In this document: in pieces, positions 40,140 through 57,700 of the stretch | Layout: every line of letters begins with the position of its first letter | Numbering within the stretch: the first letter of the stretch is position 1 | Source of the DNA: Antedon mediterranea | Lineage: Eukaryota > Animalia > Echinodermata | Direction of reading: 5' to 3' | DNA length: 64,000 nt | NCBI RefSeq assembly: GCF_964355755.1 | Contig: NC_092673.1 | Span: forward strand, 24,487,648 to 24,551,647 | The notes under the pieces: model-generated | Database searches by the model: none | Seen by the model: only the letters and a program-made list of their open reading frames with translations | What the model was told of the DNA's origin: nothing | Position numbers and translations under genes: made by a program

Positions 40140-42139
40140 TGGAATTACCAGATGCACTAGTAATGCATCTGGTAATGATGTGGTGGAAACGAACCCAAGG
40201 CTGCTGCAGGACCTTAGTCCTGAGGCAAGGAGAGCACAATCTTTACTCTTTTTTGGGGGGCTTTCGCTATATGTATTTGATCTCGTAAATTTTATGTTTA
40301 GCGGCCTTAATTTTAATGTAAAAAAGGAATTAATTATCTTCGGTACGCGTTACGTGTTGAGAAGAGAATGTATCTCTCATCATAGTTTGGTATGACGTTC
40401 GTTGTTATACAAATGAGTTTGTGCAGGTGTAGTGGGGAAAATGGTATTGTTAGTCATTCGCGGTCAACGCACCCCACTGTTAAATTTTGATTTTATTAAT
40501 CAATGTTGGAACATTGGTAGCGAAATGTCCGATTCTTCAGTTGGTGTTGGTGTGTATGGCCGCACCGTCCCAGAATAAACATGTTTTAAACAGATAGTCT
40601 CTCCGATGGTTTTTGTATGGGGTTAATGGAGAGTGAAATAAGATCAAATATAGAACATTTGCAAAGATGCCGATTTCCAGACCAATTTCGAAGCTTAGAC
40701 TAATTCCGCCGCCGGGCTAGACCATAGGCATATACGAAGTCGAGTTTTTAAAGTAGAAACCCCCACCTAAAATGTTGAAGTCGCATCTGGATAGTTGAAA
40801 TTTTAACATTATCATAATTATCATAGGTGACTATGTATAGTAATAAGTATAAGTAAGTGCATTTCTAGGCTCTATTTTCATTGCTCTGCCTCAACCATGG
40901 ATGGGCTAGTACTGGAGACTTAATATTTAATTTTATATTTCAATGAATAGGTGCACTTTCCGGGGGGACATGCTCATATATTGTCCTGGTGAGTCTTATA
41001 TCGTTTGTTTATTCAAATCATGTAACGCCATTTTTTCGGGCGGGAACGTACCTACTGTATACAGCTCTTTTTTTCAAAATTGTCTTTGCTCAGCCCCAAG
41101 CATGGTGGGGTACTGAAGATTCTTATGCATGTTGTTTGAAAACATAATAGATGTCATTTTCTGGTACTTTGTAGCTCTATTTTAAACAGTTTGGTATGTG
41201 CGTACGTTGTTATGCAAATGAGTCTGCGCAGGTGTATTATGGTAAAGATGGTATGTTAGTCATTCGCGGTCAACACGCCACACTGTTAAATTTTGTTGCT
41301 GTTAATTATTTACATTAGAAGATTTTTCAAATCATGTAAATAAAATATTTTCCGGGCGGGAAGCTAGCAGTTCCCCTCGTTTAGTTTGCAAAAGTAATCT
41401 CGTAAAGAACTCCCATGTTAAAAAGAAGCCCACCCAAGATTACTAAAAATGAAGGAGCACATGGGCTTCTTTTAGAGGTTTTATGGCAGTCTATTTAATG
41501 GAAAATAATGCCATGCAACTTTGTTTCTGATTTAAAAAAAGTTCCAACTTGACATTTACAATCCTCAAAATATCTCTCTTTCAAAATAAAAGAAAAACAA
41601 TATTCATTATTTTCCATTAACAAAAATCCACTGGCGCCAAATTGGGTCCACTTGAGCACAGTGTATTAACATACGAAAAGATTGAAACTTGAGTGACTTT
41701 ATTTCTATTTTATATCACTGCTCCCCTGGTACCAAATTGTGTCCACTTGAGCACAGTGTTTTATACAAAAAGATATTAAAATTTAGTGACTTTATTTCTA
41801 TTTTATATCGCTGTGCTCCACTGGGGCCAAATCGTGTCTACTTAAGCACATTGTATTAACATACGAAAAGATATTAAAATTTGGTGACTTTATTTCTATT
41901 TTTTTTATTAAACCTTATTTTGTGAGGGTGACCCTAAACAGCATATGCAGACAGTCAAAAACATATAGGAAAAAACGGATGAACTATGTTAAAAAAATAT
42001 AAAAATATATAATATAATGTACTTAAATACAAAAATATAGCCTACAATACTATACAAAACGTTGAGTTTTTTCTTTTGGGATTAAATATTTTTTTAGAGC
42101 AGACTTAAAATTATTTATTGTTACCGCATTTCTTAGTTT

Positions 42140-45100
42140 TAGTCCAGTCAATCTAATGATATACCCACCACAAATTGCAATAGTAACAAAGCAAGTATTT
42201 TTGAATTCCATATAAAGTGTAGAACGACATACTAAAGGTCACCGAAAATCCAAGCATTGGGTCAAGGGTTCAGAGGTCAATAAAGTCATTTTAAGTCAAA
42301 ATTAATATGCCCTATTAATTACATATATTTAACCACTTGAAATACATTATATACAAGTGTGATTTATTTCATCCGAAAGCTTATTAAATTTCCTATTCAG
42401 TGATATCAAACTTATAGTTATAACATTCTATGTAGCATGTCATTTTTGCGGAAAAACACAACATAATGTGTCAATTTTGGCTAAAAGTGTGGTTTTCGCT
42501 GTAAACAACAATGGTATACACACAGGGATACCCTGGGGTGAAAATTTCAGTCCAAAGCGATACACATGACCAGCTAAAGATGCAGATGAGTTCCTGCTCC
42601 TGTTGCTTCTGGATGATCTACATTCCATTTTTTCCAGATGGCATTTGTGTTGCCATGGTTACAGTATTTATATTGGGATGTGTAAGTATTTTAACGATTT
42701 TTTAACCAGTAGAAATACAAAGATGTTCAACAGTAGTTTGACAATGACCTCCATGTTGTATGACGTTCGGACCATCTGGGCTGGATTGTCAACAGACCTG
42801 GTGATTGAAAAGGTTTCTATGAGAAGCCTCAAAGAAAACCAGAGATTTAGGAATGAGTACATCCAGACCAAATCTGCGCTGAATGTAATGCCTCGCAATA
42901 GTATCAGGGCGTTACTCCAGCAGCGGCCAACATAAGAACTTATGGCCACACGTCAGGAACACAATAGCAATTGAAAAATCCATTTGGTTACGACTCAGAG
43001 ACTTCATACCATTGACACGGGAGTTACTGCAGGTGACTCGGAATATTGGCAATGTGGTATTAAGCATTGAATATTTTGGACGGATGTTAGGCCAGAATGT
43101 CTTGCAATGTATTCAAGATCCTGGCAATAAAGTACATACAGGCAAATATGTGTGTATCGATCCTACAGTTCCAGAGGAAACTCGAGGTGACAACAAGGAA
43201 GTTTTTGAACATGAACTTTGTTATCCACCAGCACTTTTTGAAACAACCAACTTACAATACTTTCAGCTAATAAACCAACATGATGCCATATGGAAACAAT
43301 GAATAGTCTAACACATCCAACTCACTGAATGATGTCCAGTAGGCCTACATTCTAGATGGTAGTGCTCTACTGCACAGCATTCCATGGAATAATGTAGAGA
43401 CTTATGATGCGATCTGTAAAAAATATTGCTCTGCCATCATAGTCTTTGATAATTATGAAAGCGGCTCATCCACCAAAGACGGCGCACATGGTAAGGCGGG
43501 TCAGGTGGTAGTGTCCCTGTACATTTTACCAGTGATATGTTCCACAAAATAGGATCACTTTCTGTAACAAACAACAATTTATAAATCTTCGTAATTAGTA
43601 TTTGAACAAAATGGCAATGAGTGAATGCAGCTGCTGATGGTAGTATAGTACCAAAAACCATTGAATCAGCAAACAGGAAAACATTACATTACAAAACATT
43701 ATCCGATGACACGGATCTATCTAGTGCTCCTCTGCAGTCAAGCATTTAAAACATCTTGTGATATTCTTTAGACTGGAACTGAGATGCTGGACTATCAAAC
43801 TGGTTCAAACAGTACTTTTGAGAAACATACTAGTGACAAAACATCCAGAGTTTTCGGAATTGGAAAACAAGTGGCTCTAAAAAAAAGCTTGTCATTGCAC
43901 TTATTTCTGACGTTATGCTGTAGTCTTCAGATGCAAACAAGCTACAAAGGATGACATTGTGGTTGCTAGAGAAATGATTTAGTGTGTCTGTTGTACAATG
44001 GACGACCTGGACAACGTGGAATGCCTTTGACTCCATCCCATCTACAAGTACAACCTCGCATATATAACTTCATAATCGTACCACAACCAAGGTACATAAC
44101 ATCATGATCATGTTCAAGTTCAAGTTCAAGTTATCTTTTAGCAATGGAGTGGGGTTGATATGTGTACCGAGAATTGGGGATGAAAGATCAGATGATGGAA
44201 ACATGGTTCCTCTACACACAGACTTAAAGCCAGCACCTGAGTATCTCCTTGAAGCCTTCAGGGGTAACTATAACTACATGTGGTGAATGCAACGGCATTG
44301 GACTGTACTGATACCCGAACAAAAAAACAAGAAACTGGCAAAAAAGAATTTCTTTTACGGTGTGTTCTACATGCCGGGCATCGAAAGCGACGCCTATGAG
44401 GCATGAGCTTGAAATCACCGAACAAGGCATGGTTAACATTTTTTAGAATAGCTCTACTTTTTTCTAGAGTTTGCATGTCACAGAAGGAAGATAAGTTGAC
44501 AACCTATTAATTTAGAACTTCAATTAACAATTCTTTGTAGTGAGTTTCTCTCTTTGACCCTAAGACTAAAAAACCAGCATATAAAGTAAAACAGTTAAAA
44601 CGTTCTCAATAAAGGAATTATAAAAAAAAACCTGAGAATTACTTTATCGTCATTAAAATGGTTCAGCTTCCTTATAATTTAACAGATAAAGTCTCTGGTG
44701 CCCTTTCTTTACTATTGCCTCTGTATTTAATTCCCAGCTGAGATTGTCCTAGGTATTTAAAGGAATGGACAATTTTGCTGGTTCGTCATTTATGAGGGAT
44801 ACCAGAGGGCTGCGTCCTTTCTCCTTCCTAAAATCTACAATCATCTCCTTGGTTTTGGTCACATTGAGTTCCATCTAATGCGGAACCATGACTGTCCTGT
44901 GAATTTTTAAGGAGGAGAGACAGCATGACAGTGTCGTCAGCAAATTTGAAAAGATGACTATTGTCCTGTTTGCTGCGACAGTCATCCGTGTATATAATAT
45001 ACAGGAGAGGAGAGAGGACAACCCTGGGGAGATCCAATACTTGTCATTACGTACATTCGTTGATACTAAAATCATCAAAAATCTATCTATACTAGTAAAT

Positions 45101-46255
45101 CATGAGTTGATTCCAAATTATCAAGACTCATTAATTAATCAGCAATAGTACATACCGCTAATGAATTTCAATGTTCTTTTAGCTAGCATCATTTTTCCTA
45201 TTTCATGACGATACAATAGGTACAGGAAAACATTATTTGCACCAAATACTTCCAATATATATATAAACATAATTTAGTTTTACGCTATTTTAAGAAAATT
45301 TGAGTTTTCGTAAAAGGTCACTGACCTCTATAGTTACATAACAACTGTTTAATTAGTTTTTAGAGTAAGAAATACATGTTATACACATTTTTAGTTATTT
45401 AGATGTTATTGGCAGGCATAAATGTTACCTCTAAACACAAATTTCATCAAATGCATCGGCAATTATGGAATAAGACATTGCAGACATTTTGTTAGGAAAA
45501 ATTTGAGTTTTTGTAAAAGGTCAATGACCTTTTGACTTCTAGTTACGTATAACTGTTATATTAATTGTTTTTTTTAATGTATATTAGTAGGATATATATA
45601 CTATACACATTGGTACTAAAGCTATTTAGATATGATTATAAAACAATGGATTATAGGCATGAACGCTACCCCCTACCACAAAATTGTTTACATTACATTT
45701 GATCAAGAATCAATTTCAATAAGAATAGTAGGCCTACATCATTACTTTTAAAATTCTTCTAGTTAACATCATGTTTCCTATTTTATATATCGATAGGTAC
45801 AGAAAAAACACAGTTTTGATTAAATGCATCCACAATTATGGCATACGATATTACAGTTAATCATTTTTTTATGGACAAAATGAGTTTTTGTAAAAGGTCA
45901 ATAACCGTTTGACCTCTAGTTATATAAATAGGTGTTGTATTTTGTTTTTTTAAATTGCATATTAGAAAGAAATATATATTCTACACATAACATTGATATC
46001 AAGATTATTGAGATTGGATTATAAAACCACAAATTATGGGCATAAATGTTACCCCCTACCCCAAAAATATTTACGGAATAAAATCGCTATATAGTTGTTG
46101 AGATTACGTAAAAAATAATATGTTCCAATGCTTCAATTTTCGGTGACTTTTAATATGTCATTCTAAAGTACATTTGGAATGAAAAAATCAATGTTTCGTT
46201 ACTATTGCAATTTGTGGTGGGTTTACCTCTAAATATCACTAGATTGACTGGACTA
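42140..46255 (+). mobile_element. Decayed Academ (AcademX-type) DNA transposon
   Basis: TIRs TAGTCCAGTCAATCTA.TGATAT..ACCCACCACAAATTGCAATAGTAAC... (42140-~42260) and the reverse complement ending ...TAGATTGACTGGACTA (46255). Internal frameshifted remnants WAGLSTDLVIE..MRSLK, FEHELCYPPALFE, LDGSALLHSIPW, IVFDNY, DDTDL and WGWK..DG..P..TD..PAP..LL, plus a Cys-rich tail, are consistent with the XPG/PIN-like nuclease and Cys8 finger of AcademX. Family assignment is from recalled features. Confidence 0.7.
44830..45150 (-). mobile_element. Non-LTR reverse transcriptase fragment (Rex1/L2-like) nested in the Academ element
   Basis: (GSPQG)..VLSPLLYIIYTDDCRS...LFKFADDTVMLSLL, frameshifted. Confidence 0.75.
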
Positions 46256-46868
46256 TTGGTGGGTAGCAAATTCAGGTATGTTGGTGCTCTATAGAAGAAG
46301 CTGTTCTTAAAAGTTTCAGTTTTAGGGAAAGGGACGACAAATTTCCTCTCACTGACACTTCGGGTACATCGATGATTTGGAATTCTGGCAAGACGCAGGG
46401 CGGCAAGGTATTCCGGAGCAGGACCAAGCACTACATCAATAGTCAATGTGTGGGAGGATTATAGTGTTATAAAGGAGTATGGATGTGTGTTTATTAATGA
46501 AATGACCGAGCACGCGATAAGATGGAGATGGACAAGCCCAGTTTGGAACGGAGTTTATTTACATGAAAAGAAAAAGATAAATTTGAATCAATGTGAATGC
46601 CAAGATGTTTCTGTTTGTCAGTTTGTGATATGGGTATATACGAAACGATATTAAAAGTAGTGACTTTTATTTCTATTTTATATCACTGTGCTACCCTGGT
46701 GCTAAATTGGGTCCACTTGAGCAGTTGCCGTAGTACTATTTCTATTATTGAAGTTAATAAAGGCATAAATGGCGCTCCGTAGAGAAGTAGAGAATGCTCC
46801 AGTCGTCAGCGTGACGCTCTGAAAGTCTAAATATACCAGAACACATGTGATGAGTTTTTCATAAAAAT

Positions 46869-51258
<4,390 letters not shown>

Positions 51259-51744
51259 CAGAAAAAGAAGATAACTAGGATAAAATATAATATTTATGAG
51301 GTTAAGAATCAAATAAATATATGAAAGTATAAAAAACAGAGGAAATTAATATTTCTCAATGACTTTTTTGTTATTGCTATAGTTTGACGGAACGCTTTCT
51401 AAGTCGAGCAGAATTTATAACGTTATTACAAAATACGACAACTCAATTGATTACAAAATATGAAATTTTGTGAAAATTATTACTATTACTAATTTACTGT
51501 AATATATATTTTTAAGCTAAACCATTGACCCAACAGAAACATATCGCCACTTACATGATGGTCCTTAACTACCTATAATACAAATCTAAATATAAAATGG
51601 TTATAAATGTTACAAAGCAGACCAATTTGATTATATTACCAAAAACTACAAAGTAAACAACGTATGCACCTACAAATATCGGTTCCTTCTAAAAGAATAT
51701 GAAACAGCGACCGAGACATTTCTCTAAAGTCTCTAAATGAATGC

Positions 51745-54700
51745 CTACTTCAAAGCGTCAACTGGAGATATTTTTCGCGTCAATGAATGTTTCATGAGCT
51801 CCCAGAAACGAAGAACATCCGGGTCGTCGTCATTGCAGTCACGTGGCCAAGTTATGTAGTTAATACGATCGAGTAGTTCTTTCAATATGACGTCAAGCTT
51901 TGGCATCTTTGTAATGTCTTCATACATTAAGGGAATTACGTTATTTTCCGACTTCAGGATCTCTGCTGACGCTGTAATGAACTCGTAACGGCACCATTGA
52001 CTTTCAACAAACGCAGGCGATAGGACAATGATTGTCTTTCTGCTCTTGGCTATTGCATCGAGAATATTCTGCATAATTGCTTTAAAAATATATGAATGTA
52101 TTAATATTTAAATATATATTTTATTAATTATTGTGTATAAAATGATTTATAGGACGATTCCCGGATTTGAAAATTCATTTAAATATTTTTATTTTTATTT
52201 ATTTTTATTTTATGTCTTTAGGCAATGTGGCCAAGGATTACCAATAGTGAATTAATCACTGTCCTATCAGATAGGTGGTAATCCCCCTGATACAAGGGCT
52301 ATTCTGTGAACCAGTTCACCGGGGTAACCCCCTACTCTTTTTCGAATAATGAACTGGGTTCTTTAAAGTACACACAGGTTATAACTGTGTACACTGGACC
52401 TACGGTTTATAGTCCTTATCCGAGAAGACTTGTTCCACCACCAGAACTAGGAGCGAGTCGGCCTCGAACCCTTGCCGATGTTGTTGTTGGCTCTTTAGGT
52501 ACGGTAAACGGCGCCCCTGCCTTAACCGCTCGGCCATATGACTCGCAGGAGTCGGCCATTGAATCTATTATCTAATACATCTATGATAAAAACACTTCTA
52601 AAATTGTAAAGATAATACGATGTTGACACTGCCCTTTTTATGACTGTGGTTTTGACCTTTAAAGAACTCTTGGTAATTTCAATATGTTAGAACATAGAGA
52701 TATTATAGTGATCTCTATCTCTATGGTTAGACACATTTTTACGAGTCTTGCGGCAAATGTTGTATCACTTACTGTTTCCGGCAAGAAAGTGTTTGTAATG
52801 AACACAGACGGCAAACCCCATCGCCTCGAGATTTGGAACAAGTTTCTGTACCACAAATGTCTCTTCTTCGGTGCCGCCTTTGTACGAGATAAATGCGTCA
52901 AATTCTTTGTCACCTAAATGATAATACAAATGTTTTATTAATTTTTTTAAAAATTCAATTCTAATGTGATGGTACTACCGTTGTCACAGCACTTGTTAAG
53001 TGGATCACACTTAACAACGAATACAAAACGGATACAATTTATTAATAAAAAATATATAAATAATTGTAAAATAGAAGTAATACGGCCTATATTCAATAAT
53101 AGCAAACCAATGCATTGTTTATACAGAAAACAAATGAAATCTTTTAAAAGCTTTTTAAAATATTATTTTCATCGATGAATCTATTATCTAATACATCTAT
53201 GATAAAAACACTTCTAATTTAATTCGTTTTAGTATAGATAACATTTAAAATGTATCAATTTATCGACCTTATTTATCTTACGTAGTATAAATGTGCCTTT
53301 CTCTCTTTCCAAAGATTGAATTTACCTTTTTCAACTGGCAATTGAAACTGTTCGGCCATACGTTGAATTCTGTTGCGATGTCGATAAACCGTTACAGGAA
53401 CGAGCACAAGCATAACGAGTACGATCACAGCTACTACTGGTAGAACTACTTGAAAAGAAACTCCTTTTCCTACAAATTACGATATCAAACTATTTAAAAT
53501 CCAATTTTCTTACATTATTTTTATCATTATTTCTACAACACTTTTTAATATGTCAATGATTTTCAGAAAAACAATACATTTTAGACCAGTTAAAGTAAAG
53601 TTTAAAAATTATCAATGAAAGGAGATGTAGCAAGAGTTTGTTTTGGTTGTATGTATAAAGTATTGCAACATTTTAATACGTGATATATGACCCAGTAAAA
53701 ATGTTTGAATACCTCGACCAAAAAGCAAAAATATGTGTAACCTACCACGAACGTTGACGTTGAGAGTTCGGAAACTTGTACCGACACTATTAAAAGCGAT
53801 ACAGCGAAGTCTTGATTGGTCAAAGCTAGATGAAACATCCGGGATACTGAAAGTCTGTCCATCTTGAAGAATTCTGCCCCTATTAGATTTGTCACATTCC
53901 CAACGATAGGAGATACTAACAGGGTTACCAGAACCATTACACGTAACCAGTAGATCATCTCCTTCTAAGATGTCTATATAACTGGGTTGAAATCGCAGTA
54001 CAGGTTTGTCTAAAATATAAAATTAAAATACTAAATTTTTGCTAAATGTTAATGTTTTTTGACCGTAAGTAAATGCATTTTGGTCGTATTATTTATAAAT
54101 TGTTTATGGTAAAAAGAAATCAGAAATATATTTGATATTTTTGATTTTCTATTGTTTTGTATCTTGATCGAGATGCAAATGGTTGCTTAGACTGTGTGAA
54201 GGCTGACCGTGAGAGTTGCTGTCTCAGACGGCTGCTGTTCCCAGTGGAAGCCAACATAGAACACCATGAGATAACATAATCTGGCTGTACAAATCAAGAA
54301 GCAGAAAGCATAATACAGTCCCTAGAACGTGTGGAGGATGTACAAACTTGTTACTTACACGTTACATTCAACAACCTTGAGGTACGTGCGTTATCAAATT
54401 CGTCACTTTCCATCGTACACGTTAAATATTTTGAATTGTAATCTCGATAAACTGCAAATGTGATGGTACTTGCTACGTCGAACCGCAAATCTGTTTCCAC
54501 AAATGTAAAGGTTTCCTGGAAATTGAAACGTTTTCCATCAATTGTCCACTTAAGGTTAGGAATTGGTCTAATTCCGTAAACGTTGCAAGTTAACATCATT
54601 AAATCATCTTCTGAAACGGATAACATGCTACTCTCTGTTGTAGTGTCGATTACTGGATAGTCACCAGAAGGTGGGACAATAACTGTTATGTAGGCTTCTG

Positions 54701-57700
54701 CAAAGTTAATGTCGTCTGGTTCGAATGTGTGACCTACAAAACACCTATACACGCCTTCATCCTCTAGATACATATGTTCAATTGTCAATGTCGATTCACC
54801 AGTTAAAACATTCGAAGATATTGTTAGAGTATCTGTGCTTTTAAGCATGTTGTTGTTAACTGTTTTGCTGTTTAGTGTCCATATCACTACTCCAGCTAAA
54901 GGACGAACTTGGCACACCAATAACATATTAAATCCGGACACAACTGTATGATTTGTAGGGGTCTTGATAAATGGATTTGGAAGATCTAAATGCATATAAA
55001 GATATTAAATCCAAACTACTTGATTTATATTGAATAAAGACATTATAGCATATCACTTATTTCAATCTAGGGACTGTTGGTTTATAGATCCGAGCTATAA
55101 TGCTAACCCAAATCTAAATCATTTTGATCATTATTTAACACCCAAATATCTTCCTTCCCAATTTCCTAAACAAATCGTTTACCATTACTTATTTCGATAA
55201 CTATCATTTTATTGTTGTATCGTATTATAATAATGACAATGCTTCCGCTTAAAGAATTTTTCAGTAAGGAAATAGGCCTACATCACTAGAATTGACAAGT
55301 TCGGTCATGTTTCGCGACTTTTCTTGCACATTAATAGGTGACGTGACTTTTAACCATGATGACGTCATAAACATGAATATAACATTGTAAATTTACTGCA
55401 ATAGACTGTTAAAATGTTAAGAATCAGTCTTACCAATCACCGTAATGGTAACTTCTCTCACGATCGTATTATTAGCAATACATCTGTAGATGTCATTATC
55501 AGATTCTGTGATGTTATCTACGTAGTAACTAATTTGAATTGGGCTGAACAAAAAAAAACATAACACCACTGCTTTAGTATTTTTCTATTAAATGCAATAA
55601 TCAATTGAATAATAATAATAATAACCAAATACTAACTAATAAGGACCAAAAACTAACTAGGAACAGACGAATTAGTTTCATCCATGGCGTAACCAGTAAA
55701 GGCATATTATTATGCTTTTTCCCTTATAGATACAATAATATAGTCGATTGGAAGTATTGTGAATTGCTAAATACATACCGTGGGTAATAGTTAACTTCAA
55801 GAAGGTTCCTTGTGGCGTTTTCTAAACCCGTATTGTTTCGTTGCCAGGTAATTGTAATGTCTGTATCTGTAAATCCGTGTGCTGTGCAGTTAAGTATTAG
55901 TATTGATCCCCATTTAATGTATAGACTTTCAGTGTCGATTTCCAAATATGGATCAACTAAAAATGATAAGGTTCATGAAAGTATTTCATATAATGTAGTA
56001 AAAGTGAAAAAAATTAACGGTGTTATTTATTACTATTTCAAAAGATACCAGAAAATGTTTTATTTTGCACACAATTACGTACGTTTTTCACAAGTCTCTC
56101 CTGTAAGTCCAATTGGACATATGCATGCTCCGTTGAAACTATGGCATTGGATGTCTTGAGAACAATTGCAAATTTGGTCACAGTTCATTCCATATCTACT
56201 CCGTGGACATCCTGTTTGTGTATGTATAATCAAAATTTAGTATAGACCCAAAGTGTTTTAAATTGTAATAACTTAGACAGGGGGCTAATCTTGGTTCATT
56301 CATAATTAGCTGGAGGCAATGAAGATGTGGTGGAGAATTGATTCAATTAGGCCTATGGTTGAACTAACATTCTCGGTACTGATTTGGTCTAGATTTCGCC
56401 ATATATCATATGAGCATTTCGTAATAGCATTCACATGTATTATAGTACCCCGTCGGAACATCATTGTTAATCAAACGCTAAGTATGCCATTATGTACCTC
56501 TTTTCAAACCCCATGTTTTCCAAGTAAATTCAAGATCCGCCCACGAACATAAGTTCTTGTGGGGGGGGGGGGTTAAGAAACGGACCTTCCAGAATTTGTG
56601 TTTGTAGGTGATTGTCATCGCTTTCACTCATTGAATTCTCAAAGGTTACTCAACCCAGCAAATGCAAAGATCGTGAATCTGACCCGCCATTAACAGTTTC
56701 ACAAGTAGCCTAGTCCTACAATGACAATTTATCTAATTCCTTAAAGTGCGCATGCTCTAATTCGGATCGCCTCGCCCACAAAAAGACCCTTTTTAGTGCC
56801 GTCAATTATGTATTATATGGGCCTATATTTGTGTGTGAGGTGGTCTGAATCATATTATGATTTTTCATCATTTTAAGAAAACGTCACCGTCTTCCTTTCC
56901 GTGAAATTGATGGAGTGTGTATGTAAGGTAGCCAATTGCCATTAGTAAATAAGCCATAACTAACATTATACAGTATAACTATACCTACCATTTATTTGAA
57001 TTGTGTACACATATTCCCCTCTGGTGTTTTGGGGGTTGTTGAATGAATATTGGCAAGTTCCTACAATGGCCTGATTATCCTGAATGACGAGATATGGAAA
57101 GAACAGTTCTAAAACAATTCCAGTCCAATGCGATGGCAGATCATATTCAGTATCTACAGGAAGAGGTTCACCAATCGAATCTAAAAATAAAAAGAAATAG
57201 TAACTTATCGTAACCTACGATATTGAATTCGAATTATTATTCTATTGAACATCTTTTATTCTAATTATTAGTATGCATACGCAAATCATTCAGGACAATA
57301 GGCCTACACCATTCACAGTATTTTGGCACACATAGCATTTCATAAAATTGAAACGCTGACTGGTACCAAGGCAACAACATAAAAAATGCAACAACATTCT
57401 AGAAAGTCTGTACTGTACCAGTTTTACCAAGCGATACTACTCTTATATTGGGAATTGAAGAGAGAATATTCCTGTCCGCCCACTCACAAGAAATAGTCCA
57501 TTTGTAGAATATATATAATACTTGGTATAATGCTAAAGGTCCGTCAATCTCCACAAAAACATTAATTCCACCTAAAAATCAATACATACAGTTATATATA
57601 TAAAATATTATATTTTGTATATACATATATATAGAATTCAATATCGTAAGTTACTATTTCTTTTTATTTGTATGATATATTTTAAAATACCTTATGAACA

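Larger units (their letters stand above)
38062..41610 (+). repeat. Two diverged ~1.75-kb tandem internal units (38062-39837 and 39838-41570)
   Basis: Each unit starts atatctct.tttaaaaaaaaaaacaatattc. The units share tRNA-like cassettes, gttgttatgcaaatgag..tgtgcaggtgt, cgcatctggatagttgaaatt and cagcccca..catggtggggta in colinear order. Confidence 0.85.
41897..46446 (-). mobile_element. 5'-truncated LINE (CR1/L2-like) 3' end, split by the Academ insertion
   Basis: Minus strand 46446-46256 encodes ..APEYL..FVVPFPKTETFKNSFFYRAPTYLNLLPT. The frame resumes at 42139 as KLRNAVTINNFKSALKKYL..*, a typical CR1/L2 ORF2 C-terminus, followed by a 3' UTR and an aataaaaaaaa tail at ~41900. Confidence 0.7.
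37313..46853. mobile_element. Large non-autonomous TIR (foldback-type) element, ~4.8 kb of own sequence plus nested insertions
   Basis: Left end ttcagagcgtca..gagcattctctacttct.cggagcgccatttatgcctttatt..aatagaaatagtactacgg (37331-37423) is the reverse complement of 46727-46823. Weaker homology extends to ~37313/46853. Subterminal ~97-bp repeats occur in opposite orientation at both ends. No transposase ORF of its own. Confidence 0.75.

Noticed and set aside
52560-53218. 42-bp direct repeat (tgaatctattatctaatacatctatgataaaaacacttctaa) flanking the first TIR exon
   Set aside because: The repeat is real but short and AT-rich, with no evidence of function; most likely a small local duplication.
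57490-57525. Possible frameshift in the (TA)n-like run of the receptor exon
   Set aside because: Re-reading gives TAC CAA GTA TTA TAT ATA TTC TAC AAA TGG, so the frame is intact.
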